A DNA stretch of 64,000 nt from Alphaproteobacteria bacterium. GTDB taxonomy: Bacteria; Pseudomonadota; Alphaproteobacteria; G965218375. Numbering within the stretch: the stretch's first letter is position 1; each line of letters opens with the position of its first letter. Below the pieces are notes generated by a model. The model saw nothing but the letters and a program-made list of their open reading frames with translations. It was not told the DNA's origin and searched no databases. The DNA lies in contig OZ244618.1 in the NCBI GenBank assembly GCA_965218375.1, positions 1,404,950 through 1,468,949 of the forward strand, given 5' to 3'. A program made the position numbers and the translations under genes. Positions 62,700 to 64,000 of the stretch are shown here, in pieces.

Positions 62700-64000
62700 A
62701 TGTTTTTTAGGAAATTGTCATTTTTTGTTTTCCTTTTTGTGATAGCCTTTTCAGAGTATTCTCACGCGAGTGAGCGGGGAACGCGGGTGGTGCCCAAGTT
62801 AAGTTCTGATGTCAGGATGAGCTATGCGCCCTTGGTCAATCAGGTTGCGCCTGCTGTGGTAAGTATTTATGCGCGCCGCATCGTGGATATGGGCCAGAAT
62901 CCCCTATACGCAGATCCGTTTTGGGCGGATATATTTGGGTACTTTAATTTTGGGATGCCGCGCCAACGGATTCAGAATAGTCTTGGCTCTGGTGTGATTG
63001 TCTCAGAGGATGGCTTGATAATTACAAATTACCATGTCATTGACGGCGCTGATGAGATTACCCTAATTTTAAAAGATTATCGGGAGTTTGATGCGGAAGT
63101 TGTGCTCAGTGATGAGCGGAGCGATTTGGCCGTTCTGCGTATGCATGAGGAGGCGACAGACTTCCATTATTTAGAGGTTGCCAACAGTGATGAAGTGATG
63201 GTTGGCGATACGGTTATGGCCATAGGAAACCCTTTTGGTGTAGGACAGTCCGTATCAGTTGGGATTATTTCTGCGTTGGCCAGAACCCAAACGGTCAATC
63301 AGGGGACGAGTTACTTTTTGCAAACAGATGCTGCGATTAATCCAGGAAACTCAGGCGGGGCTTTGGTTGATATTACCGGCTCTCTTGTTGGGATTAATAC
63401 GGCGATTTTCTCAAGATCAGGCGGGTCTAATGGCATTGGATTTGCAATTCCTTCAAACCTAGTAACGAAAGTTCTGCAGGCGGTTGCGTATGGGCAGAAT
63501 GAACTTAGACGTCCGTGGCGCGGCTTTGATGGTCAGATGGTGACATCGGATATTGCCGCAAGTATTGGATTAAAGATTCCTATTGGTATCATCCTACGAT
63601 CTGTCACCCCCGAAAGTCCCGCAGAGGCTGCAGGTTTACGGGTTGGTGATGTGATTATGTCGGTTGCTAGCTATGATGTTAATGACGTGCCAAGCCTTGA
63701 CTATTATCTCTTGACCCACTCAGTCAAAGATGAAGTTGTATTTATGGTGCAAAGGGGGGGGCGTCAGATAAAGGTCAAAATGGATATCGTCTTTGCGGAA
63801 GAGACCTTGCCACGTAATATTACAGTCCTGCGAGAAAATTCGCCGCTTGTTGGGGTGGTGATTGCTAACTTATCTCCAGCATTCAGTGAAGAAATTGATT
63901 TTTATGCAAGTACATCTGGGGTAATTATTTTTAAAGTTCCTGAAAGAAGTTATGCGCGCAGCGCTGGGATCAGAGCTGGTGAAATCATTATAAGTATTAA
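62700..64000 (+). CDS. htrA: periplasmic serine endoprotease DegP/HtrA, N-terminal about 430 aa; 3' end lies outside the window
   Basis: Signal peptide, trypsin-like domain with catalytic H (TNYHVI), D and GNSGGAL, followed by a PDZ domain. The frame stays open to the window edge, which is why this gene is absent from the ORF track. Confidence 0.9.
   Translation, partial: MFFRKLSFFVFLFVIAFSEYSHASERGTRVVPKLSSDVRMSYAPLVNQVAPAVVSIYARRIVDMGQNPLYADPFWADIFGYFNFGMPRQRIQNSLGSGVIVSEDGLIITNYHVIDGADEITLILKDYREFDAEVVLSDERSDLAVLRMHEEATDFHYLEVANSDEVMVGDTVMAIGNPFGVGQSVSVGIISALARTQTVNQGTSYFLQTDAAINPGNSGGALVDITGSLVGINTAIFSRSGGSNGIGFAIPSNLVTKVLQAVAYGQNELRRPWRGFDGQMVTSDIAASIGLKIPIGIILRSVTPESPAEAAGLRVGDVIMSVASYDVNDVPSLDYYLLTHSVKDEVVFMVQRGGRQIKVKMDIVFAEETLPRNITVLRENSPLVGVVIANLSPAFSEEIDFYASTSGVIIFKVPERSYARSAGIRAGEIIISI

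Overview
The window is a 64 kb chromosomal segment from an AT-rich alphaproteobacterium. The phylum-level call rests on gene order (aroA-cmk-rpsA; an EIIA(Man)/HPr pair next to ahcY; dapD-dapE; rsmE-gshA with a plant-type GshA), on a membrane-anchored cytochrome c, and on DnaK/DnaJ homology. Codon usage and the AT-rich spacers suggest an intracellular or host-associated lineage, but I cannot name a species from sequence alone. Coding density is high: about 55 CDS, no rRNA, no convincing tRNA, no CRISPR, no transposase or integrase. Most genes are housekeeping and are listed under features.

The loci I consider worth follow-up are:
- A DUF4065/Panacea-domain gene whose stop overlaps a small C-terminally membrane-anchored ORF (about 39.2-40.1 kb). 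This looks like a PanA/PanT-type toxin-antitoxin pair inserted between pheA and ygfZ. It is my best candidate for a novel system.
- An orphan DUF2282 (bufferin-precursor-like) Cys-rich secreted peptide gene with no MNIO/DUF2063 partners nearby.
- A c-di-GMP module: an active-looking PAS-GGDEF cyclase translationally coupled to a 423-aa protein of unknown function, sitting where chvG-hprK normally lie upstream of EIIA(Man)-HPr-ahcY. No HprK is visible.
- A separate protein with a catalytically degenerate EAL-like C-terminus.
- An 1133-aa hybrid sensor whose H-box, ATP-lid and Hpt histidine all look degenerate.
- A 377-aa pentapeptide-repeat protein next to uvrD.
- A roughly 1 kb ORF-free, extremely AT-rich spacer upstream of a LuxR-type response regulator.

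Coordinates follow the supplied ORF track. Where the track ORF begins with a TTG/GTG extension I moved the start to the internal ATG that matches the conserved N-terminus. My hand-indexing disagreed with the track by one base in two places (fadD start, HIT start), so treat small-element coordinates as approximate to 1-2 nt.
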